Positions 12,820 through 35,832 of a stretch of DNA of 64,000 nucleotides are shown here, one piece after another. How positions within the stretch are numbered: position 1 is the stretch's first letter; the number at the start of each line of letters is the position of its first letter. The position numbers and the translations under genes are program-made. The notes under the pieces were generated by a model. The model did no database searches, was not told where the DNA came from, and worked only from the letters and a program-made list of their open reading frames with translations. The stretch is from Harriotta raleighana (Eukaryota), in the NCBI GenBank assembly GCA_050575255.1, contig JBNZDD010013687.1:475024-539023 (forward strand). The letters run 5' to 3'.

Positions 12820-14846
12820 GAGGTTTCTATACTTTTTTTTATTGTAATTTCATGATTGTTACAAATGGCACTGCATGAATTGAACAGCTTTAAATGTAAA
12901 ATGGTTAGAAAGGTGTACAAAAAGCATTGCTAATGATAAACAGTATGTAAAAAAGCGACATCAATTCAGTGTGCAAAAGTTTCATTCAGACAGAAACACT
13001 AACACTCTAGGTAGCATTTCCTGATAAATTACTTAAATTAGGGTATCTACAAAATAATGAGATTTGTTTACCTGCTTAATGTTACAAGTTGCAACTGAGA
13101 AACAATAATTTATTTTAAAAAGAGCAATGACATACAAGAAGCTAGAAAGAAAAAGAAACAGATGGCAGCATAGAAAAAAAATACATTTTCAATGCCATTT
13201 CCTTATTGGGGGATACATTTTTCTTCTGCAAAAATAAATTTTTGACTATGTACAAAGCCTTTTTTATACTACAGTAGCATCAGGATACTTTAGACATGTG
13301 ACGAAGGTTTTCTGCTGCTTGATCCAAAGGTTCTTCTTGATCACACAACAGTGAGGTAATATTTGTACATAGAAGTTTCACCTTTTTCACTTTTTGGAAA
13401 AGATATAGATCCACTTGTACCAAGGGCACCTGTGGTTGTAGAAAACATTTTCTAGGTTCTTCTGAAGGTTAACTGAAACTGGTAGAGTGAAGCTTTCTGC
13501 AGGGCTAAGACACAGTGGCCTTAATAAGATATCGATTACAGACTCGAGTTACCCACATTCAGCTTCACCTTGAAGTGCCCTTTGCAAACAAGGACACAAA
13601 TTTCAAATGGAAAAACTACCTAGCATCAATATAGAACAAATGTTAATAAATAATCACTGTATTTACAATCTTACAATGCACACAAAGACTAGTGATAAAA
13701 ACTCTCGTGGATAGTCTGCCGCTTTTTTTTTTAAAGTGTCCTTCAATCCATATATCATCCAGGATAAGAAAATAAATAATTTCTGATATTAAAATTTATC
13801 TACAGGCAGAATAATTTGCTACTTTACGTTAGTTAAAGAGAAGGGCACTCTTTCAATGATCTGCTTGTGTCTTTTTTTTTTAAATCAGAGTATTTAAGGC
13901 AAATGCCCTTTCCAAAGAGGTCAACACAGGTGCTGAACAGAGTGGTAGTGCTCTCTGGATTCTCCTCTGTTCTTGGTACGTTCAAACTAGCTTCACATAG
14001 AAAAAAAGTACAAGCTATCCATGCTATACTATTGGAACCGTGATTGGATCTTTCTCTACTCTTTTCATTAACAGGACCTGAAGGTACATGTTTTGGGTCA
14101 GGCCTACTTTGGCCAGCGCATATCCACTGTGTGGTACGGGAAGGGGAATTGGTCATAAGAGTGCCTATAGTAGGGAATCAGGTTTTCACCCTGTAAGGAA
14201 TCAACTAGCCATAATGCTGCTACTATATGCACTTTTGGTGAGTAGTATTAATTTATTGACAAAAAAAACAAATGATATGGTTCAGTACAAAAGGATAACA
14301 CAAAGGTTTCCAGATGTCTTTCAGTTACAAGAAAAATTCTCATAATTATTTCCCTACCCTTTCGTAAATTCTATTTATTCTGTTCACTTCAAACTTCAGT
14401 TATTTTTTTCACCATATAAATCCCTTGTTTCTATGTAACAAAAAAAAATGTGTCCACAGCAGAAATGGTCTTGTTAACCGTGTGCAATCTCCTTCCATGG
14501 GAACTCCAGCTAAGGAAATGTCAAATAACTTGCTGAGTAAAGCTCTTTCCAGATTCAACAGAGGTGTATTTATGTGGTGATTGGGATTTCCATTCTTCAA
14601 AAGCAAAACTGAGCGACTACAGTACATTATGATGTTGAGAGTAATTTTTCTTTGCAGACTTATTTCTCATTTCTGTTGATAACATCCAGTGAGTTTTATC
14701 AGCTGATACAGTTCATGTGCTTGAATTCCACAAATGAAAGGGGAAATAAGGAAGAAGAAAACAATGGTCCAGGATTGGTTTCAAGAAAATAACAAGGTGC
14801 AAGACCAGCTTTCTTTTGAACATTTCCACTTCCAGTATTGGTGACT
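12820..14846 (-). other. THBS1: THBS1 3'UTR (~2 kb); 3' end approximate
   Basis: AU-rich sequence with no recognisable repeats after the stop; AATAAA on the - strand at 13109-13114 and 12838-12843. Confidence 0.7.
12838..12843 (-). terminator. THBS1 distal poly(A) signal AATAAA
   Basis: tttatt on the + strand, about 2 kb after the stop codon. Confidence 0.6.
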
Positions 14847-26808
<11,962 letters not shown>

Positions 26809-26908
26809 TTTGAAAGTAATTTTAACAACCTGTTGTTTTTNNNNNNNNNNNNNNNNNNNNACACACACACACAAAATCCAACACTACATCAGGAGAAAAA
26901 TAACTCAC

Positions 26909-26975
26909 CTTGTATTCGCATGGTTGAACAGACAGCAATCATTACAAGTAGAAAGAGTCTTTGTGGTAAATTCAT
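26909..26975 (-). CDS. THBS1: Second copy of THBS1 exon 2 across the N gap (MNLPQRLFLL...), probably assembly redundancy
   Basis: Offset by 167 bp from 26742-26808, with one substitution (26793 c vs 26960 t); the copies flank the N run at 26841-26860. Confidence 0.5.
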
Positions 26976-27070
26976 TTTGAAAGTAATTTTAACAACCTGT
27001 TGTTTTTATAAAAAAAAGAAAAATCCATTAAAAAGGAGAAAATTCAAACACACGTTGATAGAATTCCTTG

Positions 27071-27110
27071 CCACACACGCATATATACACACACACACAT
27101 ACACACATAT

Positions 27111-27141
<31 letters not shown>

Positions 27142-27158
27142 TATATACACACATACAT
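27071..27158. repeat. Interrupted (CA)n/(TA)n microsatellite in THBS1 intron 1
   Basis: Seen directly. Confidence 0.9.
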
Positions 27159-27291
27159 CCAAAAAAAACGAATTGACGTTTCTTAAGTTATATTAATCGC
27201 GACAGACAATAAATAAAACTTAACCAACCGGCACTAAACTTTGATCAAGTCTTTCCCCCAGACAGACAGCGACGCAATACAAGTGAACTCC

Positions 27292-27329
27292 GTGTGTGTG
27301 TGTGTATGTGTGTGTGTGAGAGAGAGAGA
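27292..27329. repeat. (GT)n(GA)n microsatellite
   Basis: Seen directly. Confidence 0.9.
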
Positions 27330-27477
27330 CAAAGTGGCAGTGAAATTCCTTGAGCTGCTGACTTGAGTCCTTCAACAGTTCTTGTTAACTTTTTTCTCTC
27401 TCTCTCTCTTTCTCTTTCTTTGGAAGAGCTGAACCGTTGAGTATTTTGTCCCCCAACTGTTTTTTTTTCTCTCGAAA

Positions 27478-27501
27478 AAGAAGAAGAAGAAGAAGAAGAA
27501 G
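27478..27501. repeat. (AAG)8
   Basis: Seen directly. Confidence 0.95.
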
Positions 27502-27589
27502 TTGGATGAAGCCAGCAATGAAAAAAAACAGCTCAGCTTGATGTTGGGAGAAGCTGAGATCCCACACTACAGAAGCACTGAATTTCCAT

Positions 27590-27660
27590 CTCCTTTAAAT
27601 ACCCTCACACATTCCTCAGACCCAATCTCTGCCAATCACGACTGGCCTGGAAGGAAATGG
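27590..27660 (-). promoter_or_regulatory. THBS1 core promoter: two inverted CCAAT boxes, an MCAT/TEAD site and a TATA-like box; TSS inferred ~27565-27570
   Basis: The - strand reads GATTGGCAGAGATTGGGTCTGAGGAATGTGTGAGGGTATTTAAAGG. CCAAT at 27632-27636 and 27622-27626, CATTCCT at 27610-27616, TATTTAAAG at 27593-27601. Confidence 0.75.
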
Positions 27661-27871
27661 GCTTGTGTTTATTCAGTTACCTCACAACAAGAGGGACACA
27701 GTTCCGAAGCAGTCATACCACAGCAAGAAAAGCAATTAGGCGGATTCCAGTGGACATCAACCAAAATACTCAAATATTAACGCGCAGAGATAGGAGCCAG
27801 GCTGAGCTTCTGTTCAATAGATTCATCTGCATATGTCAATATGTTTTTTCTCTCTCTCTCCCTCTCTTTCC

Positions 27872-27895
27872 CTTCTTCTTCTTCTTCTTCTTCTT
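27872..27895. repeat. (CTT)8
   Basis: Seen directly. Confidence 0.95.
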
Positions 27896-30190
27896 CCATC
27901 AATCGCCCAGCGGTGCGTTTTCAGTTACTGTTTCTCATTTTTGAATAAATGTTTGGAAAGTGTACGTATTTCTTTGATTCATTTTTCTATTATTTTTTTG
28001 GGGGGAAAAAAAACCCAATGGTTTTCGAAAGATTTCCACAGTTTGGAGAGAGTTGGTTGGGGATGGGGAGGGTGGGTGGGGGGTGGGGGGGAGAGGGAGG
28101 GAAAATATGGGTTAAAAAACAATGATTTTAAGCAATATATGTACATATATATATTTTGGAAACGCCTGTATCAAATGAGACGTCTCGGATTATCGAAAGA
28201 ATGTAAATCGAAACGCTTGGAAGAATTCGGTTTGTGAAATTTACGTACAGATAAAGGTTGATGAGCTGTAAGGGAGGGTATATTTTCCAAGCAAGTTAGT
28301 TTGCTGTGTGTACTTGACAAGATCTCCACTGGAGGGTGTTGTATGGATTGGTTTCTGGTGGAAATGGGACTGAGTTAAGTCTGAAATCTCTGCCTTAGGG
28401 GGGTGGGGGGGGTCTCTGTGTGTCTGTCTTGCATCTCAAGCATTTCAAATCGCCCCAGATTTTATATCTGACACCTCTCAGGGCGAACACAAAAGCACTT
28501 TGTTGTGTTTATTTATTCGTAACACACACACACACACACTCACACACAAAATAGTCGAGAGTATATCTGTTGTCTTTCGTGTTAAGAGTACCAACAATCA
28601 ATCCAGCTTCACAACAAACTTTACTCACTTGAGTGTGATTCAAACCAGTTTTATTGAAACAAAAATATTTTCCAAGACTAAGACGAAGAATCCTTTCTAA
28701 GTAAAGGTGATATATCTATATGTATGTGTGTATGTATGTATGTGTATGTAAATTAAACATTTGTGTTTTTTTTGTGTGTGTTATATTCTAGTTTGGCTTT
28801 CCATTCGTGCTTTACGTCACTGGAAAAGAATTTGCTCAGGAAATAGTTTTTTTTTGACGTCGGTGCATTCTTTTCTGGGTTTTTTTTTCTCTCTGCCTAA
28901 AGATCTGCTTGATTGAGGATTGACTGAGTGCAACAGTCTGCAAGGTTTGATGCTCTGACCCATTAGCCTTGACTCAGACAGACAGAAACACTTCACTGAA
29001 GTCATTTCTTCCTCGAATAATAGCCCAACCTACAGCTAGATGTTAAGTCTATATGATCAGCGTTGTGTGCATTCACTCTTGTCAATGCATGATTTAAACA
29101 AGGATTAGGAAACAACGTGAGGTGCTTACAAATCACAGATGCATTTGTAGCACGATTTGAACCTCTGTCCTGTCCCACTTAACCCGGTGAAAAAGGTTAA
29201 AATCCAGAATTGATAACAGAGTAAGTCGAGGTTACACTTTCTGGTGAGAAGTAAGTAAGTAAGTAAGTGCGAGAGAAAGGCAGAGGAGGATGTCTGTGAG
29301 TGACATTGTGTTCAAGCCACATTTCACCTGTGAGTACTGTGGCCTCTTCCTCAAGTGTTAATGTACTAATTATTGCCCCCTATGAAAATCTTGCCCCTCA
29401 TTCTCTCTCTCTGATTTTGTTTCCCTCTTAATAAGCGCTCTGAGACGCCGTCCGGCGTGGAGGGTGCTATATTATTTGAAGTTGTTGTTGTGGTTGGCAT
29501 CCCCCCCACCCTCCCTTAACCTGCCAACATCCACCAGATTAGTTGGTCATTCGCCTCATGGTACTGGCCTGTATGTAGGACTTTGCAGGCACATCAGGCT
29601 AGAAAAAAAATCAGTCACTTCACTCCAGAGGAATTGCTTTGGACATGCATTGAAACAGTTTTAGGTCCTTTATTTTAAAAAAAAGCAGTGGCTCAGTTCC
29701 TTCTTGTTGTCTGTGCCCTGGAATAAACAACCTCATTGAAAACACATGTACCTCTCTCTGGCTCTCAGATGAGTTAATTATCTAATCAAAGAAAAAGGGG
29801 GCAAAAGAGTGACTTAGGTTTAGAAACACTCATGGGTTGGGTTCGGAAAAGACGAACTAAACCATTCTCAGGTGTCCTACCTTGATGACAGAGAATCACA
29901 GATATCATTGCTTCAGTGAGTTAAAAACACACCTGGAGTGGTACTGGGCTAAGCATAAGTTTGTAGATTAAAAGCTTGGTCTATGGCTTGGTCAGTTTTT
30001 ATAGGAGGAAGAGGGCTTCAAATGGCCTCATTGACCCAGGTTTGAGACGGGCGGGGAATTGGTCAGGGTTCCTAGCCATAACCTCTCACCATTGAGTCCA
30101 TGTTGAGGAGATGCCTTTGCTCAGATATCAGGTGAATGCAAGAGAGAAGGTGTAAATGTGAAAAGGTGGAGTGAGCTTTCAGAGAAGAGC

Positions 30191-30291
30191 TATTGACAAG
30201 GAACAAGTCTTATTGACAAGGAACAAGTCTTAGTGACAAAAGTTCTGATCAGCAGGTGAGTGTTATCAATGGTGAGTGGTATCAATGGTGA
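30191..30291. repeat. Two adjacent short tandem duplications: a 20-bp unit x2.5 (30191-30239) and a 16-bp unit x2.3 (30255-30291)
   Basis: Units TATTGACAAGGAACAAGTCT and GGTGAGTGKTATCAAT. Confidence 0.85.
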
Positions 30292-30332
30292 TGTCCATTC
30301 AAATATGTTGTTATTCATTTGATTATAAATTG

Positions 30333-30562
30333 GGAGTCCTGTAGCTCAATGGTTAGAGCACTCGCCTTTCAAACGAGAGACCTGGGTTCGATTCTAGGCA
30401 GGGTGAAACCTTGGGCAAGTTTCCTTACTCCACACGCCTAACAATAATCCCTCAAAAAACAAAAAATGGTCATTTAAATCCACAACTGTTTGTGGGACAC
30501 TGCTGTGCACGATTGGCTGCTACATTTTGCCCATAAATATACAGTCAATTCACTTCACAGAG
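30333..30562 (+). mobile_element. tRNA-derived Deu-type SINE lacking its 3' tail
   Basis: GGAGTCCTGTAGCTCAATGGTTAGAGCACTCGCC...GGGTTCGATTC...AAACCTTGGGCAAGTTTCC followed by the SINE body. Confidence 0.85.
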
Positions 30563-32171
30563 TATTAAGAATTACTCTTATTATCATAACTCCCAATGAC
30601 TAACAAGGAACTAATGTACAGGCTTGTTGGGGGAGGAAGACAGACACAGACAGACATGCCCACGCACACTCCTTGAGGCCAGGCTGTCAGACATTATTGC
30701 ATTATTGATCTCTCCTTTCCCCCCAGCCAGTCCTGTTATCAGTCAGTGGGTGAAAAAAAGCGGAGCAGAAAGTAACTTCCACTCAGTTGCTGAGAAGCTG
30801 TAGCGGGGAACACGCATTCCAAACATTGCAGGGAGCCAGTCTAGTAATATGTGTCTGGGCTGCTCTCCACCACAGTGGGTATTTTTCTTTCTCAAGGCCA
30901 AAGATGTGGAAAGTTCTGTGAGACTCTGAAACCACTTGGGTTCATGATCGCGAAGACTCTCACAATCACGGTTAAAACAATAGATAAATAGATATACAGT
31001 ATATAGATATATATATATATATAATATAGCCCTTGGCGTGGTTTTGACCCAGAGTTGAACCACGAGTCTGCACTCTTGCTCTCCTGCTCCCAAAGTCAAA
31101 TAATCCTTGCAATAAGTGCAGAGAGAGAATACGAAGGAAGCTTTGCCCTGACTTCCTCACTGTTTAGGATTGATTGATCTCTCCCTAGCCCACTGTTAAC
31201 ACGTCAGGGATAAGACTTTTTACCCAGCCACCAGACCCTATGATTAATCCCCCCCCACCCTCCTCCTCCAGTTAACACTTAATGTCCTGGACCAGACTTC
31301 CAGAAGCAGCCCTCAATATTGCCCACCTTTCTTGACTCTGGTTTACAGAGTTGGTCACCTGTACTTATGATGAACCCGTGCTGGCAGCATTACATCTACA
31401 TTCGTAAAAACTCATCTAAGTAACTTGAGCACCCACAGGAGAAGCCAGTACTCCCAGCCTTTGTGGGGTGGGAGGGGAAAATCTCTTTGACTATTGTGCA
31501 TCATTCCCAACCTGGCAGGATTGTTCCTCGAGAATGCAGAGTGGAAATTAATAATAATATATATTTTTTTAAAATCATTGCCAGACCAATTTGAAATCTA
31601 TAAGGGGAGGGTTCTGGCTAATTATAGCAAAGTTTATGTGTTTTTTTCCATGGGCAGAAAGCCCATTTGTTAAAGAAAAATTAAAAGAAAGTGTGCATCA
31701 GATTAAAAATAGGATAACGATTAACAGGGGAATATATTTAATTGCTGTTGGGAGCTCACACAAGTGTTTGGTGATTGTGGCTGACTGAGCCAGCCTGTAT
31801 CTGGGGGGGATGACTATTAGTCAGTGAGAGCTGCTGCTCAGCTACTGCTATTGCAGCTATCTCTCTCTCTCACAGCCCCAGGAACACAATACAATCCTGG
31901 CTCCTCAATGGTCTGGCGGCTTTATTTCCACTGCGTAAATAAAACCCAGATTAATGGCTTGCAGAGACATCATAACCAGCTATTTATCGAGTAATTTGTA
32001 CAAAACTGACGCTTGTTCCTTACATGATTCTCTCCCCACTTAACCTTCCACGGCGATGATTCATACTGGAAACACTTTCAAGAGTGTGTGTGTGAGCAAA
32101 CCCTCATGTTATTAGCAGCCCCTAGGAGTATTGTTTATTTGGCATGAGTCTTGGTAAACAAGAGTTCACAG

Positions 32172-32395
32172 GTATTTATTTGCCACGGCCAGGGTGGAGA
32201 AGGCAACAGTCAAGCCTGATCCTGCCCTCCTCATCTGAAGTCCATCCCCATTCTACACATGCAAAGTTTTCAGCCACTGTGTGATGGGAAACAAGATCAA
32301 GAATGGGAGTCCCTGGACGATTCTTTCTCCTACTCTTATCGTTAAGCCTGGGGGGATCTAATGAGGCCAATTCCACCCACGCCCTAATGCTATCC
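32172..32395 (-). mobile_element. Ancient SINE (LmeSINE1-like)
   Basis: The - strand has AATTGGCCTCA...CCAGGGACTCCCATTCTTGATC...GGCAGGATCAGGCTTGACTGTTGCC, similar to 15705-15950. Confidence 0.5.
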
Positions 32396-32584
32396 AGGCA
32401 CATCAACACTAACATTTTTTTTGTGGGAAAAAAAGGCATTTTCAAAGAAATGGTTATATTGGAATTTATACCACAGGGCAAGGTTTTGCAATGTGTTACT
32501 GTAGGTTAGCGTTGAGCTTGCTGTTATGGCATTTTGCAGTATCAACGTAGTACATATGGTTAATAATATCAATAATACTAGTGC

Positions 32585-32935
32585 TTGTAGCATATTGGTA
32601 AGAGCACTTCCATCACAAGCAAGAGGACACCCTGGTTCGATTCCTGGGAGGAGCGAAGCCGTAAACGTTTCCTTATTCCATACTCTTTACCTATCAGTCA
32701 GTTGGAACCAGATGATTAGTCGATTGGTGCATCGCTTTTCCGGGAATAATAATTCCTTAATAAAAATTCTAATAATTATTTGGTCACTCTGTTTGTATGA
32801 CATTGCTGTGCACAATTGGCTGTCATGTTTTGCCCATAAAATATACAGTTTATTCACTTTACAGTATAATCTGTGAAGCACTTTGAGATGTCTCAACAAC
32901 ATGATGAGGTACTATATCAAATGCAAGAATTATTA
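32585..32935 (+). mobile_element. tRNA-derived Deu-type SINE (subfamily variant)
   Basis: TAGCATATTGGTAAGAGCAC...GGTTCGATTCCTGG head, with the shared 3' body and tail. Confidence 0.8.
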
Positions 32936-33289
32936 ATAGCACAGTGTGTTTTATCTTTATTGAATTCAGAATTTACTGCAGATCTGAATGAGAACATTTA
33001 CTTTGCCTTAATCCACCAGCTCTCTTTTCTCACCCAGCAGTAAAGAGTGTTCGCTATAATCATCATCAAGTTGAATCTAAAGCAGAAACATGGAGAAAAT
33101 TGCAAATTGCAAATAATACAAAGAGAATGGTGGAGAGTACACTTTATCTCTCAGGATTCATGCTGTCACCTGAATGGAATAAGCACATTTAAGAACATCC
33201 TATGCAGTATTTGCCTTTACCAAAATGACCTTTACCGCACCTGGGATACTATCCACTTGCCCCTTCTTTCCCCATTTTCAGCTCGCGCC

Positions 33290-33690
33290 CGAAGACCTTC
33301 CTGTTTGACTGTTCCTAGCCTCCCCTGAGCTCGCAGTAGCGCTATATAAATGCAAGTTGTTGTTACCATGAATGTCACTGTTCTGCAATAGTACTGAAAG
33401 TACAACAACTTGCATTTATATAGCATCCTCCATGCTGGGCGGTGCCTCACAGCCCCTCACATAATGTCCTGTAAAGTGAATTGACTGTATATTTTGTGGG
33501 CTCACACAAGTTATTGCATTTAATATCTAAAAAGGAGTGAACAACAAGAACACAGATAAATAGTACTGCAAGGATTGTTCTTAAAAGAGCGATAACAGAT
33601 ATGATGACTTTGGAGGATATTGTGTGAAGCGCTTTGAGGTATCTCAATGATGTGGTAAAGGTATATCAAATGTAAGGATAATTATATGGT
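33290..33690. mobile_element. Cluster of SINE/L2 3' tails in both orientations
   Basis: Tails at 33290-33363 (+), 33402-33505 (-) and 33612-33688 (+). Confidence 0.6.
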
Positions 33691-34631
33691 TGTATGGTAC
33701 CTGTTATTTCCTGTCACTGACTGTCTATTTCATTCAGATACACCCATTTCTGTTCATGGACCAATCCTTTGACCGGTTCTGTTTCTGCGAGATAGTTTCC
33801 ATTGGAAGAGTTAAATTCTATTCAATCCATCACCATTACTGATTTAGATATTCAGTAATTGTTATTGGCATTAACAGTCTACTTCACAGTCATAGATGTC
33901 TTACAGTTAATAAGTTGTTTAGGTGCTGTATAATAACAGTATTTTTGTTCTCAATCAATAATAATATGTGCCTGATTCTGCTGTTTGTTCACTCGCTGTT
34001 CTTTGGCCTTGAGGATGCAGCCAAGCAAAATTTAAACAAAATCTTGGGAAGTTTGGACACAGTAACTTTATAATAATTTCTATTACTCTGACCAATATAT
34101 ACTAGTATTAATTATCTAGTTCTTATTTACAAACTGACTTAATATTTTGAATTGTTTTGAAATGTAGCAATTCAAACATGCAACTGTCCTAGTAAGCGTA
34201 ACATCTAGGGAGTACTGTCCTATGAATCTGTGAGTTTTCCAAATATGTTATATTAATTTATTACCTTGCAGAGTTAACAGGAGCTGAGTGGGAGGATTCT
34301 CTTCCCCCAATGACTGGTCTTCCCTTCCAATGCTTGCTGACGACCCAGTCTGTCAGCAATGCCCTGGAATACTGCAGATCTGCCTGGCTCAGGAACTAGA
34401 CTATTGAGGCTGCAACTGATGGCTGGTTCGATTGCCAAATTCCATTGCCAAATATGCCACCCTGGAGCCAGTTGAGCTCCAAAGAGACCCTACTTATCTC
34501 CCAACCCAAAGATTTTTGCATTCATTTAAGTGACGTGTTATCATTAGTGGATGAATCCCGAGCCTTGGCTCTTGCCAATCAGTGCCTAATGCTGTACTTT
34601 CCAGAATTAGATATGCTGGATGCATCCCTCC

Positions 34632-34651
34632 AGAGAGAGAGAGAGAGAGAG
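34632..34651. repeat. (AG)n microsatellite
   Basis: Seen directly. Confidence 0.9.
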
Positions 34652-35129
34652 CGCGCATCCCATTCCAACATCCTGATGTCTATAGAATGTCTATGTGTAG
34701 TGGGATCCATGGTAATTTCAGTTTGGTTTGGGTACTCTTAAGCATGATGATGAGTTTCCGTATGTGTCAGACAACCAGCTGACCCCCAAAATACAATAAC
34801 TTTCATGATGATCTGTGATGGGATATTCATGTTAAATTAACAAAAAGAGCTGGGGATAGAGTGTATGATTTACTTTCTGCCCAAGAAGATCATAAACTCA
34901 TCTTTCAAGCATGGATAATCTTGCCAATTCAAAGCTCCATGCCTTCCTGACAGGATGTATGCTTCAGCTGTTCAGCAGTATTCCTCTCTATATGTTTCAC
35001 CTACCTCATCCAGTTGCTAAGGCATATTAGATAAAAGCAGACTGATCACTTGAGGATAATCAAGTAGGAATATCAGTGTGACTGGAGTTTATACAGCACT
35101 TAGTTAGATTTACAATTCTTTTCAGTTGT

Positions 35130-35397
35130 TTCTGGCATTTGCGAACTCCATCCCCCTGTGCCTTTGCCTCGCTTCCTCCCTTTCCTCTTTCAAGGCCGGT
35201 CTCAAGACCTTTCTCTTCAACAGTGCCTTCAGCTCCCCTCTTGAGTCTCTACCCCCTCCTTGCTCCCACCCTCCCCCCTCCCTCGCCCTGAACATTTCCT
35301 CCTGCTCGGGACTTAAACCAACTGTCCAGAGCCTTGGGATGTCCTCCTGACGTGAAACGCGCTCTATAAATGTAATTTTGTTGTTGTTGTTGTTGTT
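35130..35397 (+). mobile_element. L2-type LINE 3' fragment
   Basis: Translates to SLSSFKAGLKTFLF (L2 ORF2 end); tail CCTTGGGATGTCCTCCTGACGTGAAACGCGCTCTATAAATGTAATT(TTG)n. Confidence 0.8.
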
Positions 35398-35727
35398 TCT
35401 AATGCTGACCAACAAACCATGTTATTTTCTCCCAAGTTTAAACCTTCATTGCTGTTTGCTTTAACTATATTATTTGTGCAAATTTTCAGAATGTTTTGTA
35501 TTATATTTGAATAGAATACTTTTGTTGTAGTGCTGTATGCACCTTTGGCTACAATTGAAGTCCTTAGATTTTCCTCTGGCATTTGCAATAAGCATATAAA
35601 TTAATTTAAATTAGTCCCTGAATCAGCCCACAGTGATTTTTTGTGAGTCCAGGTACAGTGTCAGTGATAATATAATAATAGAATATATGACTGAGAAGAA
35701 GATTAGTTTTATGTATATATGAATAAA

Positions 35728-35832
35728 TAATAATAATCCTTGCATTTAATATAACGCCTTTAGCTGTTAAGACATCTCAAAGTGTTTCATTGAACATTAT
35801 AAAGTGGATTGACTATGTATTATGTGGGTGGA
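35728..35832 (-). mobile_element. SINE 3' fragment
   Basis: (TAA)n TCCTTGCATTTAATATAACGCC...GACATCTCAAAGTGTTTCA. Confidence 0.65.

Larger units (their letters stand above)
27229..27568 (-). other. THBS1: Putative non-coding THBS1 exon 1 (both ends uncertain)
   Basis: Lies between the TATA-like box and exon 2. The best donor candidate is CCG|GTTGGT near 27229. Mammalian THBS1 exon 1 is non-coding. Confidence 0.4.

Noticed and set aside
29249-29268. Run of GTAAGT donor-like sites
   Set aside because: It is an (AAGT)n microsatellite, and no upstream exon is supported.
30191-30291. CRISPR-like or functional repeat array
   Set aside because: The units are head-to-tail with no spacers, there are only 2-3 copies, and the context is eukaryotic. 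These are ordinary slippage duplications.
30333-30405. Apparent tRNA genes (also at 6815, 11350, 32585, 50696, 54771, 55197)
   Set aside because: They have A/B boxes and an anticodon-like arm, but the anticodon varies between copies (TTC, TAC, TGC, CAC), there is no proper acceptor stem, and each runs into SINE sequence. They are SINE heads.
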